This document shows positions 14,242 to 27,464 of a DNA stretch of 64,000 bases, in pieces. Position numbers and translations under genes: made by a program. The number at the start of each line of letters is the position of its first letter. Within the stretch, counting starts at the first letter, position 1. The DNA comes from Podarcis filfolensis (lineage: Eukaryota), in the NCBI GenBank assembly GCA_964270895.1, contig OZ185437.1; one strand, written 5' to 3'. The notes beneath the pieces were generated by a model, which saw nothing but the letters and a program-made list of their open reading frames with translations, made no database searches and was not told the origin of the DNA.

Positions 14242-14483
14242 GAAGGAGGAGTTTTGGATTTGATATCCCGCTTTATCACTACCCGAAGGAGTCTCAAAGC
14301 GGGTAACATTCTCCTTTCCCTTCCTCCCCCACAACAAACACTCTGTGAGGTGAGTGGGGCTGAGAGACTTCAAAGAAGTGAGACTAGCCCAAGGTCACCC
14401 AACAGCTGCATGTGGAGGAGCGGAGACGCGAACCCAGTTCACCAGATTACGAGTCTACCACTTTTAACCACTACACCACACTG
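14242..14483 (-). mobile_element. Squam3-like tRNA-derived SINE
   Basis: Minus-strand head cagtgtggtgtagtggttaa (A box), degenerate B box ggttcgcgtc, (CTT/CCT) tail; closely similar to the copy at 36251-36504. Confidence 0.85.
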
Positions 14484-16991
14484 AAGCTTCCATGTTTGCA
14501 AGAAGACCCATTACACTGCATTGGATTGTTCATATACAGCTAAATATGTTCCTGTGTTTGCAATGAGAAATTTCAAAATGGGCAAGCTGCTTCCTAAACA
14601 GAGTCACTTTTTGCCCCTCAAGTGTTATACCTTGAATAACGTGTATAATTTACTAGGCAGAGTATACACCCACACAAGTTAGGCACATAAGGCATGTCCT
14701 TGCCTTAATTTACTTAGCTTAAGCAGAGCATATGCCACAACTTTCTTAACAAGTTTTATTATTCTGAAACCAAAATGTAACACAACAGGCTAAAATATCA
14801 GCTTTTGGCAGCATTACTAATGATAATTCAAAGCATGCATGACTAACATCTGCATTTTCAAGTGTCATAATAATAAATCTAAACATCCTTAAAGAAGATG
14901 AAATATAATGTCTTGGAATGGAAATAGCATGGTAACGCCTTTGGAAGTATCCATCTTTTCTCTTAAATGGTGTCTAGCTCACAGTCCAGCATAACCAACA
15001 GATGACCAAGGTTCTACAATGCCAAAGGCTTGTTTAAGATAGCTGCTGACTACAGAATGCTGCTGCCAGACTAGCAACAAGGGCAGCTTTCTTTGAGGTT
15101 GTTGTTAAGACTGAATGTTGCCCTTCAGTCTTACCAGAAGTTGGACTTGAAGCTTTATGACACTTCTGTAAAATCACTATTACAGAATCCCAAAAACGTC
15201 CTTAAGCATTCAAAAACATATATTTTTAATATTTTAAGCATCATTTGTAAGAGAAAAATATGCTCAAAACCATTGAGTAGCTTTTATATTTTTAAAAGCT
15301 AGTTTAACAAAAAAAAGTTGCAATGGAAAATCTATTTAGTATGTAAGGAGAGAACAAATAATTATTATGAATTATAGTTTTTTTTCCATTTTAAAAGGAT
15401 ATATTTCAAAAACTAATATAAAAGGGAAAGTCCATGTACACGAAGTCTGCAAGCTGACCGAATTAGAGAACCAGTAAGAGGACAAACCTTATACTATGAA
15501 TTGATTTAAAATCAATACATAAAGCCTCTAATATTATAGACTACATCTGATTAATTCCTATAAAGACTAATTTGTGAAATTCATAAATATTGTAAAGAAA
15601 TAAAATGTGTTTCTTTAAACACAAATTTTAAAAGATTTTAAAAATACAAAACCAAGTACTCAATCCAAATAACAATTATGCACATGACTACAAAGCTAAA
15701 ACCCATTTCCTATTTAAGCTCAATTTAACCTACTTTAAAAATTATTAGAATCCTATTAAGAGCATCTTTAAACTTGACACAAAGCCACAGTCACTTCATA
15801 AATAATGCATGATACAGCAAAATAACTATTTGCTCTTAGTCAACTTGCTACATTAAATAGCAACTTTCAGGGAAATGAGAAACAAAATTGCATTATAACC
15901 CTACGTCTTTGAAGTGGAAGATTCTATGTACTCCACAATGGATATCGCAACCTCTTAAAAAACATCAAGAACCTGGATAGCACAGTGTCATCTGCCATGG
16001 AGTACTCATATGACAAAGTTATAGGAAGGCCACTTCCAAAATGCTTTGGACTTCAGAACAGAATGCCTTATAGATTGTTGCTTTCTCTTTATAATACATG
16101 CAAGCAACAAATAGGAAAGGCTCAAGTCCTTGCTAACATGCTGGAGTGTGTGTTTGCTAGTCCTAAATTTTATTACTGTTCCATTACAAATGCAAATTGC
16201 CTCCACAATGTGTAGATTCTTGTGAGGAGTCTATGCATTCTAATATCAGCTGGGCTTTGGTGTATTTACCATATTGATTCCAATCATTGCAAGCTATGAC
16301 CAATCATTGCAAACTAGGATCATCTTGGCAACACAAGCATCTCCCACAAGGAAATTTGGAAGAGCAAGTAAAAGGCTCTGTTCCTCTCTATAAAAACTCA
16401 GGTGATCTCAAGCTACCCTTTTAACTGGCATTTTTATATACTGCTTTTCCTTCCTCGGGGAGATAGGGAAAGCAGGTGTCTGGCTCAGTTGCTCCCTCTC
16501 CTGCCCCATTCCAAAGGAAGGCATAAAACAATCATTTTAGCTTGCCTACTCACAAAGTGCTTGGAAAAACTCTTTCAGTCAAAGATCTTTAATTTATTAT
16601 TCCCACAAGCAGAGTGCAGTTTGAAGACAGACAATAGTAGATGAATGACATATATGTATAATGGGAATCTGGGGACAATTTAACCAACGCCAAGAACATT
16701 TTTTAAAAAAAAAAATTCTGCCAATTAAGCCATTCAGGGCAGCAGAGATTTCCACAGAACAATGTCAATATTCACAGAGGAATAAAAACAGAATGCATGC
16801 AGTTCATTCTGTAACAGCCATGTGCTCACTGTGATTTGGTAATAACTGACAGCATCTACCCAAGATCGCATCCTTTTACTCTGTATAAATGAATGCAGAC
16901 TACTTAATGTTCTCATGACTCTGGTGCTCCACTGCAGCTTGGGCAGGTTAGAATGAGCCTTCCCACTAGCTTGGACTCAGAGTGTTCTATC

Positions 16992-19140
16992 TTTTTTATA
17001 AAAAAAAAAACTTTATTACTTTTAAGACTTACAAGAAAAGAAAAAAGAAGAAAAAAAGCAAGAGAAAAAGACAAAATAGAGCAGAAGATAAAAAAAGAAA
17101 AAAAGAAGAAACAATACAATACAATATATAAACAATACAAAACACAACCTTAACACACTAAACAAAACAACAATTTAAAAACATATACCATTCCATTTCA
17201 TTACTCTATCTTTCATTCCCTTATTTCATCGACCTCCTCTCACCTCCCTTTTTGTATTCCACTTCTGTTACTTGTTTCAGCAATTCCTTTCCATCTTTCT
17301 CTATTTTTATCATTATGAATATCTTAACATATTTTTAACCTTATTTTCCATTAATACTAAAGTACTTATTTATACTTAACTCCTTGTAACATTTCTGCTA
17401 AAGCCATAAAGTTTCATTCCAACAATTTTCTAACACTCATTAATTTTACAATATTTCTATATATAAACTTTAAACTTTCCCAATCTTCTTCCACCATCTC
17501 TTCTCCCTGGTCTCGGATTCTGCCAGTCATTTCCGTCCATTCCATATAGTTCATCAACCTGGAGATCTTCTGTCTGAGGCTCTTAGATCTTTTCCAAGTC
17601 CCTTCTGCAGTTTTTCTTCATATTCTTTGATGCTAAAGATGCTGAAGAGCAGGTCTCGGGGGGGGGGCAGCGACCCAACCATGCCCCCATTCCCTCTCGA
17701 CAGGCCAGCCAACTCTTCACAGCTAGAACCAAGGTCCATACAATATCTCAAATCATGTTTCAAAGCTCCTCCAAATCCAAAGGCCTCCACAACTCCAATC
17801 ACCTCCTGACCCAGATTCAAGACCCAAAGGTCAGCAAATCCCTGCATGAAAGAGTCTATCCAACCTTCCTTCTCCAGTCCAAGCAGGGCTCCAATCTTCA
17901 AATTCTGACTTTTTCTATATTCACTCATAAAAGGCCTCCACTTATAGTCCTCAATTTGCCTCTGTAAGGCTGGGGCTCCCACTTGTATTACTTTAGGTTC
18001 AACAACAACAACTTTCTCCTTCGTCTTCTCCCCAGTTTGTCCTGTCAAAGTAGGTTCCTGTGTCAAATCCTGAACAATTTCTGTATTGATGATCACTTTT
18101 TGTCCCAAATTAATCACTTTTTGTCCCAAGTTCTCAAGTTTAGTAGTCATAACATCCATCTTCTTGTGGAGCTGTTCCAACGAATAGCTTATCTTACATA
18201 ATACAGTCACTAAGGCTCCTTCTGTCGACATTCTTAAAATCCAAGGTCAATCTCTGATTCTCACAGTTCTTATCTTGCAGCTGGAAAAACCCCAGCTCCA
18301 CTCTTGTAACAGTTTCAAAAGCTCCCTCTAGAGGGAAACAGTCTCCACTTGTATCAATCCTTTCAAACACAATTTAAACTATAAAGTTAGTTTCAATTTT
18401 CAGTTACTTTTCCTCCTTTTTAAACGCAGAAGGGGACAATGGAAACAATATATTTCTCTTATTTAGCCATCTGTCAACATACTTTCTGTTCACAGTCAAT
18501 GAACTCTCCCAAGACGTCAATCTTACTGGCAGCCCGTTTCCAGGTTCAGAGCAGTGGTAATTTGATTTTTCACTCTCTCCTGCAGGCTCGCTAGGTCCAA
18601 AATTTCCCCCCTCTTCTCCTGCTTCCAAGGGGGGTTTAATAGTTTTAACCGATGGAGATTTAATCCTTTACAAAAGACTTTCCAAGGCTTTAACTTGCGA
18701 CGTCTTTGCTTCAATCTATTTACAAAAGAGGAAGGCGGACTTTCTGTTTAAAACCTTCCCATTTTGATGCCAAATTAATAAATTTAAAGATCCAATTTTC
18801 CGTTCTACTCACGGGTAGTTGTTTAAAGTCAAACTGTCCACAGGAAAAAGTCAGCGCTCTCCGACAACAGCGATGCGGCTTCACTCCGTGAAAGAAACAG
18901 TCAATTTGAAGCACCGCGCTGCTCACCCCACTTCGCTCCGGATCCCCAAATCAGGGTTTCCCCGCAAGTAGGGGAGGCGCAGAAGGTGCCAGCCGAATCC
19001 CAGGTTCACAAGCTTCTCCCGCCTGTGATTTCAGTGGGTCTCCGCCTTCGCCGTGGCGGTCAGACCCTGATTTCCACGGAGCAAATTCCTCCTGGTCAGA
19101 GGAACTCCGCCATTGCCTGGAGGCGCCAACCCGGAAGTCC
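16992..19140 (-). mobile_element. Non-autonomous L1 derivative (5' UTR + ORF1-like + ORF2 C-terminal remnant + 3' UTR), flanked by a 16-bp TSD
   Basis: TSD ctcagagtgttctatc (16976-16991) / ctcagagtgttatatc (19141-19156). CpG-rich 5' end beginning GGACTTCCGG. AATAAA and short A tail at the 3' end. ORF2 tail-like LMNYMEWTEMTGRIRDQGEEMVEEDW at about 17480-17557. Confidence 0.8.
17554..18231 (-). CDS. L1 ORF1-like protein (225 aa, N-terminal coiled coil), probably C-terminally truncated at the deletion junction
   Basis: Longest ORF in the window, directly after the L1 5' UTR. Heptad-like LEQLHKKMDVMTTKLENLGQKVINLGQKVII and a PRDLL motif reminiscent of L1 ORF1. The stop codon overlaps the start of the ORF2 remnant. 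Confidence 0.55.
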   Translation of the reverse strand: MSTEGALVTVLCKISYSLEQLHKKMDVMTTKLENLGQKVINLGQKVIINTEIVQDLTQEPTLTGQTGEKTKEKVVVVEPKVIQVGAPALQRQIEDYKWRPFMSEYRKSQNLKIGALLGLEKEGWIDSFMQGFADLWVLNLGQEVIGVVEAFGFGGALKHDLRYCMDLGSSCEELAGLSRGNGGMVGSLPPPRDLLFSIFSIKEYEEKLQKGLGKDLRASDRRSPG

Positions 19141-22100
19141 CTCAGAGTGTTATATCACTTGGAATCCAAGGAGCCTGCAACTAGTCTGATGCATCCAAAA
19201 AGGTCTCAGGGTGTCTTTGCCCCCCAATAATTATTGGGAGGGGACAGGGGTCCCTCAATGTTGAGGGGGTGGAGGAGGCCATGCGCAGAGCAGTTTTGGT
19301 AGCTGGCTCCCCCTGACAATGAGAGAGGAGCAGCTGGCCATTGAAGCCTGTTTGCTTGGGTTTCCTTTATTTAATTATTTTGAGGTTATCTGTCTTATTT
19401 TGATGGTATAGTATTGCCTGTTAAAACAATCAAAATGTTTTAATAAAAAAAATGTTGTTTAAAAAAAAAGAACTTCTTGTCCTTAAGTGCCAGCTTACCA
19501 CCAGTTTCTGATGTGGAAGTGCATTCAGATACATTGTCCCTCAGCTGCAAATACCTTCTACCAAATGTGTGGATGAATCATAAGGCCGGGAAGTTATTTG
19601 CTCATAAAAAGCTGCCTCAAGTTACAGAGGCAATTTACTAAGGAAGGCTGTAATTTTATTTGAAATTACAATGATTCCAGTGATGTTTTGATTATCGAGT
19701 GTTTTCTTATCTACTAATTCAACCCAGCAGATAAGTAGCCCCTGCACTTGCTCCCTCAACCCTGCACACCATGTGCAATGCGAAAAAACTGGTATGTCCA
19801 CAAAAACACCACTGAGGAGGAACAGCACCTGAGCAGGCTACTCACCTGAAGCAAGTTTTCATTCACTATCGGTAAGGCAGCAAGTGAAAAAGTGTCATTC
19901 TGGACACATTAATGCTAGAACCTGACCTTGTATACGCCCTGAAAAAAATCCCACATAGTGGAAGCGAAACTGCTGGACATTTTAAAAGGAAGGATTCAAA
20001 GTAAAAGATAAGTTTTGAATGGGTCAGAATGTATCTAAGGTACAACAGGACTCTTATTATGGCCTAAACTACTTATCAATTCCATCAATGTTTAACTCAA
20101 TTATTAAGTCAATCCTTAATTCTATTTCACACAATATTCTTTTTTAAACCACATTTCTATCTAGGTGCTTGGATTTCAGATTCTGAAGGTCTTTTTGAGA
20201 CTGAAGCAATATTTTAAAAAGCTTATTGTAGCAATGATTATGGATGGGAACTTGGTAAATTAATTCCCCACATATGGACTACATTATCAAGTCAGACTTT
20301 GATTTTTAAAGCCAGAATACACCAGATTAACTTGTCTGACCTCTTGTAAAGCACAAGGAATTACATTTCTTCCGTTTATTTAATATGTAGCCCATCCAAT
20401 TTGCATTTGACCAGAAGTTGTCTGAGAAAAATATATGTGATCAATCTGACCATTGCACTTTACTTTCTCTCTTGATGCATTTACAAACTCACACAAAGTA
20501 GTAGTAGCAGCAGTTGCTGTTCTTTTTTCCTCCCCTAAGCTTTTACATGTTCCCTCCATTCTTTACCTAGAACAAAATAACACACTGATAGGAAAGACTC
20601 TCCCACAGAAGGATATTTAAAACTTTTAATTGCATTATCCGTGCAGTAGCAAACAGAAGGTCACATTGGGCAGAGAACCAAGTGTCACTGGGAAGGTGTA
20701 GCTCTTACCTCCCAAGAACACTATTTGTGGCAAGTGGAAGATTAGCTTGACCCCACTGGGGGACATCAAAGTGAGCATCTCTAGTGAGTTTACTTCCCCC
20801 TTCCCTCTCAGAGACATTCTAGCCCAAGATCAACTACAAGATTAAAGACCTATGGAACACCTCAAGTACAGCACAGCAGTAACTGACCTGAATTGGAAAC
20901 TACTGCCTATTAAAACTTTACCTCTTCGTTCTGGCTTTGCAAAGTCCCTTGTGAGTTTTCCCTTCCACACACACCCTGCCTTCAGTGTCTCATTGCTTCA
21001 TTAGTAAACATTGTCCGGTGTCTTATATTCATTTACGTACAGTTCCCATCAGCAGCAATGGTCCATTTCACACATAACTAGGAACATAGGAAAGCTGCCT
21101 TATCTGAAAGCTGATAATTGATCCGTCCAGTTCACTGTTGTCTACACTGATGGGCAGTGGCTCTCTCCAGGGTTTCTCCGATTTCTAAATCAACGATTAT
21201 GGCTTGTTTGAACAAATTATAGATTACACAAACCAGATTTTTCCCAAGTTTCAGACATTAAGGTATATAAATTAGATTAAAAACAGAAGCAGATTCTTCC
21301 GACTTTTCTCTCATGCCCACAACTGGATACAAGACTCATGCACGTAAGACTCACCACTGCTTGTGCATATAGTGCTAAATTAAGATTTAGTTTGTGCACG
21401 AAACAGGATATTGTGCCCTTTTTTGTATGAGCCAGTTTGAAAGACTATTTTTTAAAATGGCATGAATATATAATGTATAAATAAAACAAAACTTTTAAAG
21501 CAACTGTTATAAACTCTACTTTTATAAGGATCTGGAAGCGGTACATTTCTCTTACTATTGACTGCACATAATTCAATGCAGCACAAATTAGTGCTAATGT
21601 TTATATTCTGATTTTGTATTTGGGTCTAAATTGGGAGTGGCAATCTGTTTTTATACCATTTTCGTAATGACCCATTGGGCCTCTTTCAAACATTTGGTGG
21701 AGCAGAATTTTAAAAAATAAATAAATAAGCAACAACTAGCACTTTTCCCCTGCGACAAGTCATCGCGTCCCATTGATTTTCATTGTTCAGTACCTAATAA
21801 CTCTGAAAAAACTATGCTTCTTCTTGCCAAGTCAAACATTCCAGCTAAACTATTTTTGTAATTAGGCTTCTATAATTAGCATAAAGACAGTTTGTTAGCT
21901 TTTTTCATCTTTACAGCTTGGCTACTGTTAATGGCCTTTTGAAGATAAAGCCTTACTTCTGCTCCTGCTGATAACACATTGTCTGGAACTGTCCTTGAAC
22001 TGGAAGCACAATGCTGCTCAGTAAATTACCTTTTCAGATTCCCACTATATTCTAAGCAACCTAAAGTATTTTGACTTTCAAGCATTACTAATCTCAACCA

Positions 22101-22989
22101 GGGTTAATATAGTTCCTGGTGCCTGAAATCTACCCTATCAGCATAGGTGTTCCTTTCCTCCTAAAATAAGCACACAAACTTTTAGAATAGTCTACTTTGT
22201 TTGATGTATGTGTGCTGCTAAAGAAACTGCCTTTCAGTAAAGAAATAAACAACTCATTAATTTAAAAATTAAATTTGTTGACCCAGAACAGTCATGTTAA
22301 CTAAATCAGAGGAACAGAATGCAGGGCAATACATTGGGTCCAGTTCAGTTTCTTAAGCTATGATATGCCCACAAATGCTTGTGCCCACACACTCCATTTT
22401 TGAATCACGTCTTCCCTCCTGCCTTCTTGGCAGACCCCAATTAAATGTTTCCCAATTTAATTAACCATCACTTCTCTTTGCATCCAAACTGGAAACCCAT
22501 AGTTACAGCTATGGAGGTAAAAACAGGAACTGAAAACCTGAGTCATTGGAGTTTGGCTCCCCACATTTATTGTTTTGTTTTGATTGGTTGGTTGGTTTTT
22601 GTTTGTTTCAACCTACCCTTCACCCAAAGGTCCCAGGGCAGGTAACAACCATTAAAATTTAATACACAGTGTTAAAAACCATTGTAAACATCTTAAAATA
22701 ACAAAGATAAGCGACTTCTCCTTCCTCTCCTTCCCCCATGCAGCCCTCCACCCAACTCCAAATCTGCTTGATGGTTCCCCAACTGTCTGGAGCATATTTG
22801 GGGGGTACATGGAAGAGGAGGGGGAAAGGAAATCCTTTTGCAGAAGCAATATCAAATCCACCGGCAAACAAACACAACTGTTTCATATGAAGTTGGTTTC
22901 AGATCCTGTTGGTTTCAAACCTAGTAATTCTTGTTCCCAAGAACAAACTATGGTTAATTAACCATGGGGCACATAAGATACCCTACCAT

Positions 22990-23635
22990 GTGACAGTGTG
23001 GACTGCAGAGAAAGCTCATTTCACAGCTTGCATTGCATCCTCTAGGATCAAGCCGATGGAGTTATTTCTAGATGTTAATTGATTCCCACTGTGGGGGAAG
23101 GACATCTGGAGTATTTGAGGATCTGCTGTGATTAACTGGATTCATGCTTTGAGGATTAGGTTCCTCAGCTTCGGAGTAACCCTGACTCTGCAGTTATTGC
23201 AATTCCAGATGAAGCATCCAATGCCATAGCCAATGATGTGTTGTGTTTCAACTGATGCAGTCAGCTGATGAGGACAAGATGTTGCTGCCTAATGCCCAAC
23301 CACAAGTCCTCTTGACTCCTGTCCCTCCCTGGCTTATTAAATCTAGCAAAAGGGGTTTGACTGGTTGGATCCAGAATGTGCAATGTATGAGGGGGTAGTG
23401 CCACTGCAAAATAAAACCTTGGACCCTTGGAATGGAAAAGCTTCCAAACAGTCACAAATATATCCTTATTGAGTAAGGTGGTGCAGAGAGTTGTAGTGGG
23501 GTAGCTGTCTTGGCTGAGTTGACCTTGGTCACCCTGGCGAATGAGATTTACAGAGATCAAAGGGAGTATGGCTTTATTCCTATTTCTGTCTCTCTGTGGT
23601 TCTCAACACCATTGATCATGGTATCCTCCTAGACT
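22990..23635 (+). mobile_element. Degraded L2-clade LINE, reverse-transcriptase region
   Basis: Broken-frame matches: TAEKAHFTACIASS; CPSWLIKSS-like; FQTVTNISLLSKVVQRVV; ...NTIDHGILL (AFDTIDH motif). Confidence 0.75.
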
Positions 23636-24088
23636 ACTCCTATGAAATGGGAAGGGGGGATGTATTCCAGTGGTTGCCACTGCTGCTGCAAACCTTCCTT
23701 GTAGTTCTCCTTTCTGCTCCCTGAGAAGGGGAGATTTTACTAAAAGATCCCCCCCCCCGAGAATCCTGTAATAAAAGCTCAGAAAAACTAAGTGAAGAAG
23801 ACTCCAGGGAGCACACTCTTACCAAGTCACACACGAAAAATCCACAAATGTATTCAGCATAGTCTCCATGCTGAACAATACAGCTGCCCATTACACATTT
23901 TGGTTTCACTTGACAGGTGTGATAGTAATTGACTTTAAGTATTCATTGCTGTCTAAAAATACTACTGTTCTTCACCATATAGAGGTTTTTATTTGGTTTA
24001 AAGAAGTAGTTTATACATTTATACAAATGGTTATTAGAACTGGCTCTTCTTTACCCTAACTAAAGGTTTCACAGCATGATATACTTAC

Positions 24089-24160
24089 ACTGAATTTAAT
24101 TATGTCGTATATCAAGTACCGAGGAACAACCTGGCCGTTTACCTTGTCAATAATCATTTC
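24089..24160 (-). CDS. RNGTT: RNGTT exon 10 ([24 protein letters not shown])
   Basis: Acceptor TTTCAG, donor GTAAGT, 72 nt; completes motif III (MDG|EM). Confidence 0.97.
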
Positions 24161-25970
24161 CTGAAAAAAAGAAGAAAATAACATCTTAATATTTTTGCAA
24201 AACTTGCAAGCAGTCCTTTAACTTGCTTTGCTTTACCGTTAGGATCCCTCCCTCAGTTTTCCAGCATGGATTCATTTTTCATGAAATTTTCTTGCTGGGA
24301 GTGGGGTTGACACTGCATAAAAGCCAAAAGCCATGTGGCAGCTGATGGGTGGAGCTGAGCAGGACAAACAGGTAAATTAAATGCATGCTGTATGCATGGC
24401 AGTGCATCAGCAAAACCTGGATAATGCATGACACCACCAGGCTCTTACAATAATATGAACACCAGATTGCTGGTTTTATATGGTTCACTTTTGTTTGCAG
24501 CGCCAACGTAATGATAAAAGCTCTTACTACTATGAAATCCAGAATATTCCTATTAGCATATAGATAACAAACTCATGCAAACAAAACAGATGTTTAGGGT
24601 TTGGGACTGATCGTTCAAAGAGGAGATGTGTACATCCAATCAAAGTCTGAATACACTTCAGGGCTGCTCCATATTGTTCCAGAAATTAGTAGATGACATG
24701 TTCCAAGTTGCAGAAATATTTTCTGTGAATGAAGTAATGGAACTTTTGCTTTTTTAAAAAAAATATCTGACGGTAGACACTGTTTGGTCATCAACGAAAC
24801 CACCCTAGAAAAATGGTAAATCTCTTGTAGAGCATGTACTGGAGTGTAGCAGTGCATAAACTCTCTTTTTTCAGCATTGCGTTCTAGTGCTAGGGTCTTC
24901 ACTATACAATTTAAGGGATATTAGCAACATCACTTCTGGTCTTTGTTCTGAAATTCTGATGTCCTTTCCTTGAGATATTGGTGTAGGCTAGCCCTTCAAG
25001 GAGAGCTTGTGGCAGAAAGAGAGATAGCTCTGGCTGAGAGCTTCCAAAGATTGTAACAGGACATGGCCATCTTGAAGGAAAGTTGTTGCTGGAAATTCAT
25101 CTTCTTCTCCCTCAGCATTCAAGTCTGAGTAGTACTTTTCTCCTTGCAGCTTTCACACTAACATGAAATCAATAAGCAAGCACAACACCAGGAGCATTAT
25201 TGAGCTCTGGGGTAACATTTGAGACCAGAAATGCATCTTTGGGGGTTTCTGTTATACAGTTGTGTTGCCATGGAAACTAAAAATGAGTATATTCACAATG
25301 GATGCTAGAGTTGCTGTGAGGAGTTTGATTATCTGGTGTAATGTTCACAACAAGTAATAGCTTTCATTGTAAAGTGAAGACAGCATCTCTAATAAAGTGT
25401 GTGTTTTGTACCAAATTTACTTTGAAGGCATTTGTTTCACATTTAATACGGTCAAAAATCATTGCGCAGGCCAATATTAAAAGAGTAAAAACAACCACGA
25501 GAAGAAAGGACACCAAGTCCAAGGGTGCTGTTGAGTATTTCACATCACTGCTACAATATTAATTATAGATTTCAATTGCTATTCACATGGCTATTAATTT
25601 TATGTTTTTATTTTATGTCACATTCTAAATCCTTTGCTCCCTAGCCTTGCAAGAGGGAAAGAAAACACTTGACTTTTGAAAGAAATCCACCTCACGTTGT
25701 ATTTAAATGGTTCCTGGAAAGACTGAGCAGTTCACCTGAAGGAAGATATATCCAGGATCTACTGGAATGACAGCTATAGCACAAAGGGCACAAACTGGGT
25801 TAAAAATCCAAAAAGGCATTCCTCATCATTTTTCCATCACCCTAAATATGTAACTGCTCTAAGTGATGGAGGTTATTATGGATATAAAACAGTATATAGA
25901 TACTCATTTAACTAAACTGAACAGCAGCCTCAGATTTAAATCAATGGAACCAAAGGACCAGGGCCAATGA

Positions 25971-26224
25971 CAGTGGTACCTCTGGTTATGAACGGGATCT
26001 GTTCTGGAGGCCCACTTGCAACATGAAAAGAATGCAACCCACAGTGGCGCATCTGTGCACATGCGGGTTGCGATTCGCTGCGTCTGCGCACACGAATGAT
26101 GTCATTTTGCGCTTCTGCGCATGCGGCGAAACCCAGAAGTAACCCTTTCTGGTACTTCCGGGTCGCCATGGGACGTAACCTGAAAGAACGTAACATGAAG
26201 CGGAAATAACATGAGGTATGACTG
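25971..26224. mobile_element. Tc1/mariner (Tigger-like) MITE
   Basis: Termini cagtggtacctc / gaggtatgactg followed by TA; internal similarity to 29577-29820. Confidence 0.8.
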
Positions 26225-27328
26225 TATAATATTTCCAAAGGGAAAGTACATGCTAGAAGCACAGCTACACTGGAAATCACTTGCCGCAAATTTTAAGCTT
26301 TCCACAAAATTATTTTTGTGACATTAAAACAACCAGGGCCACTAAGTAGGTTTGATCCTGTTAAGTTCAGGGAAATTCCAGTTTCAAATAAAGTCTGGAC
26401 TTTCCCAGTACAGAAGTCACGTTCTACATTCAGTGAAGAGTTTGAAGAATAGTGATGGAAAGTGCATACAAGGCTCACGTCTCACTTCTGCGGCTGAGTT
26501 TGCCTTGCTTTTTGCAGGCATTGTCTGTATGAACAAGTTCCCTACAGGGAACTTTCTCTCACAGCCAATCTAGCAGTCTTTGGAGCTCCCACCCATCGGG
26601 TGCTTTTCTTGCCCACTGCATAATCAGGAGCTCATTCTATGGCTCCCACTCTACCTGTGAGGCAGGCAGGCATGGTTTATGGGGGGGGGGGTCTTGTGGA
26701 CCAAATCTGAACCCATGGTAGGCCAAAGGTTCCCCAACCCTGAGCTAAGAAGAACCTGTCTTCCTTTAGCTCCTCACAGATAATTTTATTTACACTGTGA
26801 CCATTTTGGAGACAGTGATAAATCTCTCTTTTGGGGTGAAACTGTTATATGCAGCAGGATCACCAATGACAGCACAGAAAGCTATTATGTGTGGTTGTCA
26901 CTGACCCCTCCCCTCCTACATGTCGTCTACACATGCAGTGAGAAAGAAAAAGCGGTGAGGAAGATTGCAGTGCTGCTTCCCCCAAAGTCTTGTTGCAGAA
27001 ATAACAGATCCTTCCCTCCTTATTCTTCTCCAAATGCCAAAGTACTCAGCGGAAGAGTGGAGTATCATTTTATTCTGTGCAGAGCTGCTCAGAGAGTTTC
27101 TGCCTTCTGCAGAGTCAGCCCAAAGTGACTTGAACAATATGGACTGTCACTACTGGCAATCTGGTGGGTACCTTCACAGAGCCCCAGCTGTAATTTTCTT
27201 CTGAAACCATAGAATGGGCAAATTCTAGAAATAATTGGACACTAGGCTTCCCTCGCTGTTGCCACACTATCTTAAACTACTGAAATGAAAACAGCATGCA
27301 TATGGTACAGAAAGACGGAGCCTCTTAC

Positions 27329-27464
27329 CCCATCCATCAGAGTATTTTCTAAGTGTACACGTGGATCTTTACGAAATGGAAACTCCAGATTTGATACCTG
27401 AAACACCGAGTTATCTCTGTCAATCATATACACTTCATTCTTGCCATCAATCAACATCATATAC
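27329..27464 (-). CDS. RNGTT: RNGTT exon 9 ([45 protein letters not shown])
   Basis: Inside supplied ORF 27272..27487; acceptor TCACAG, donor GTAAGA, 136 nt. Confidence 0.97.
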
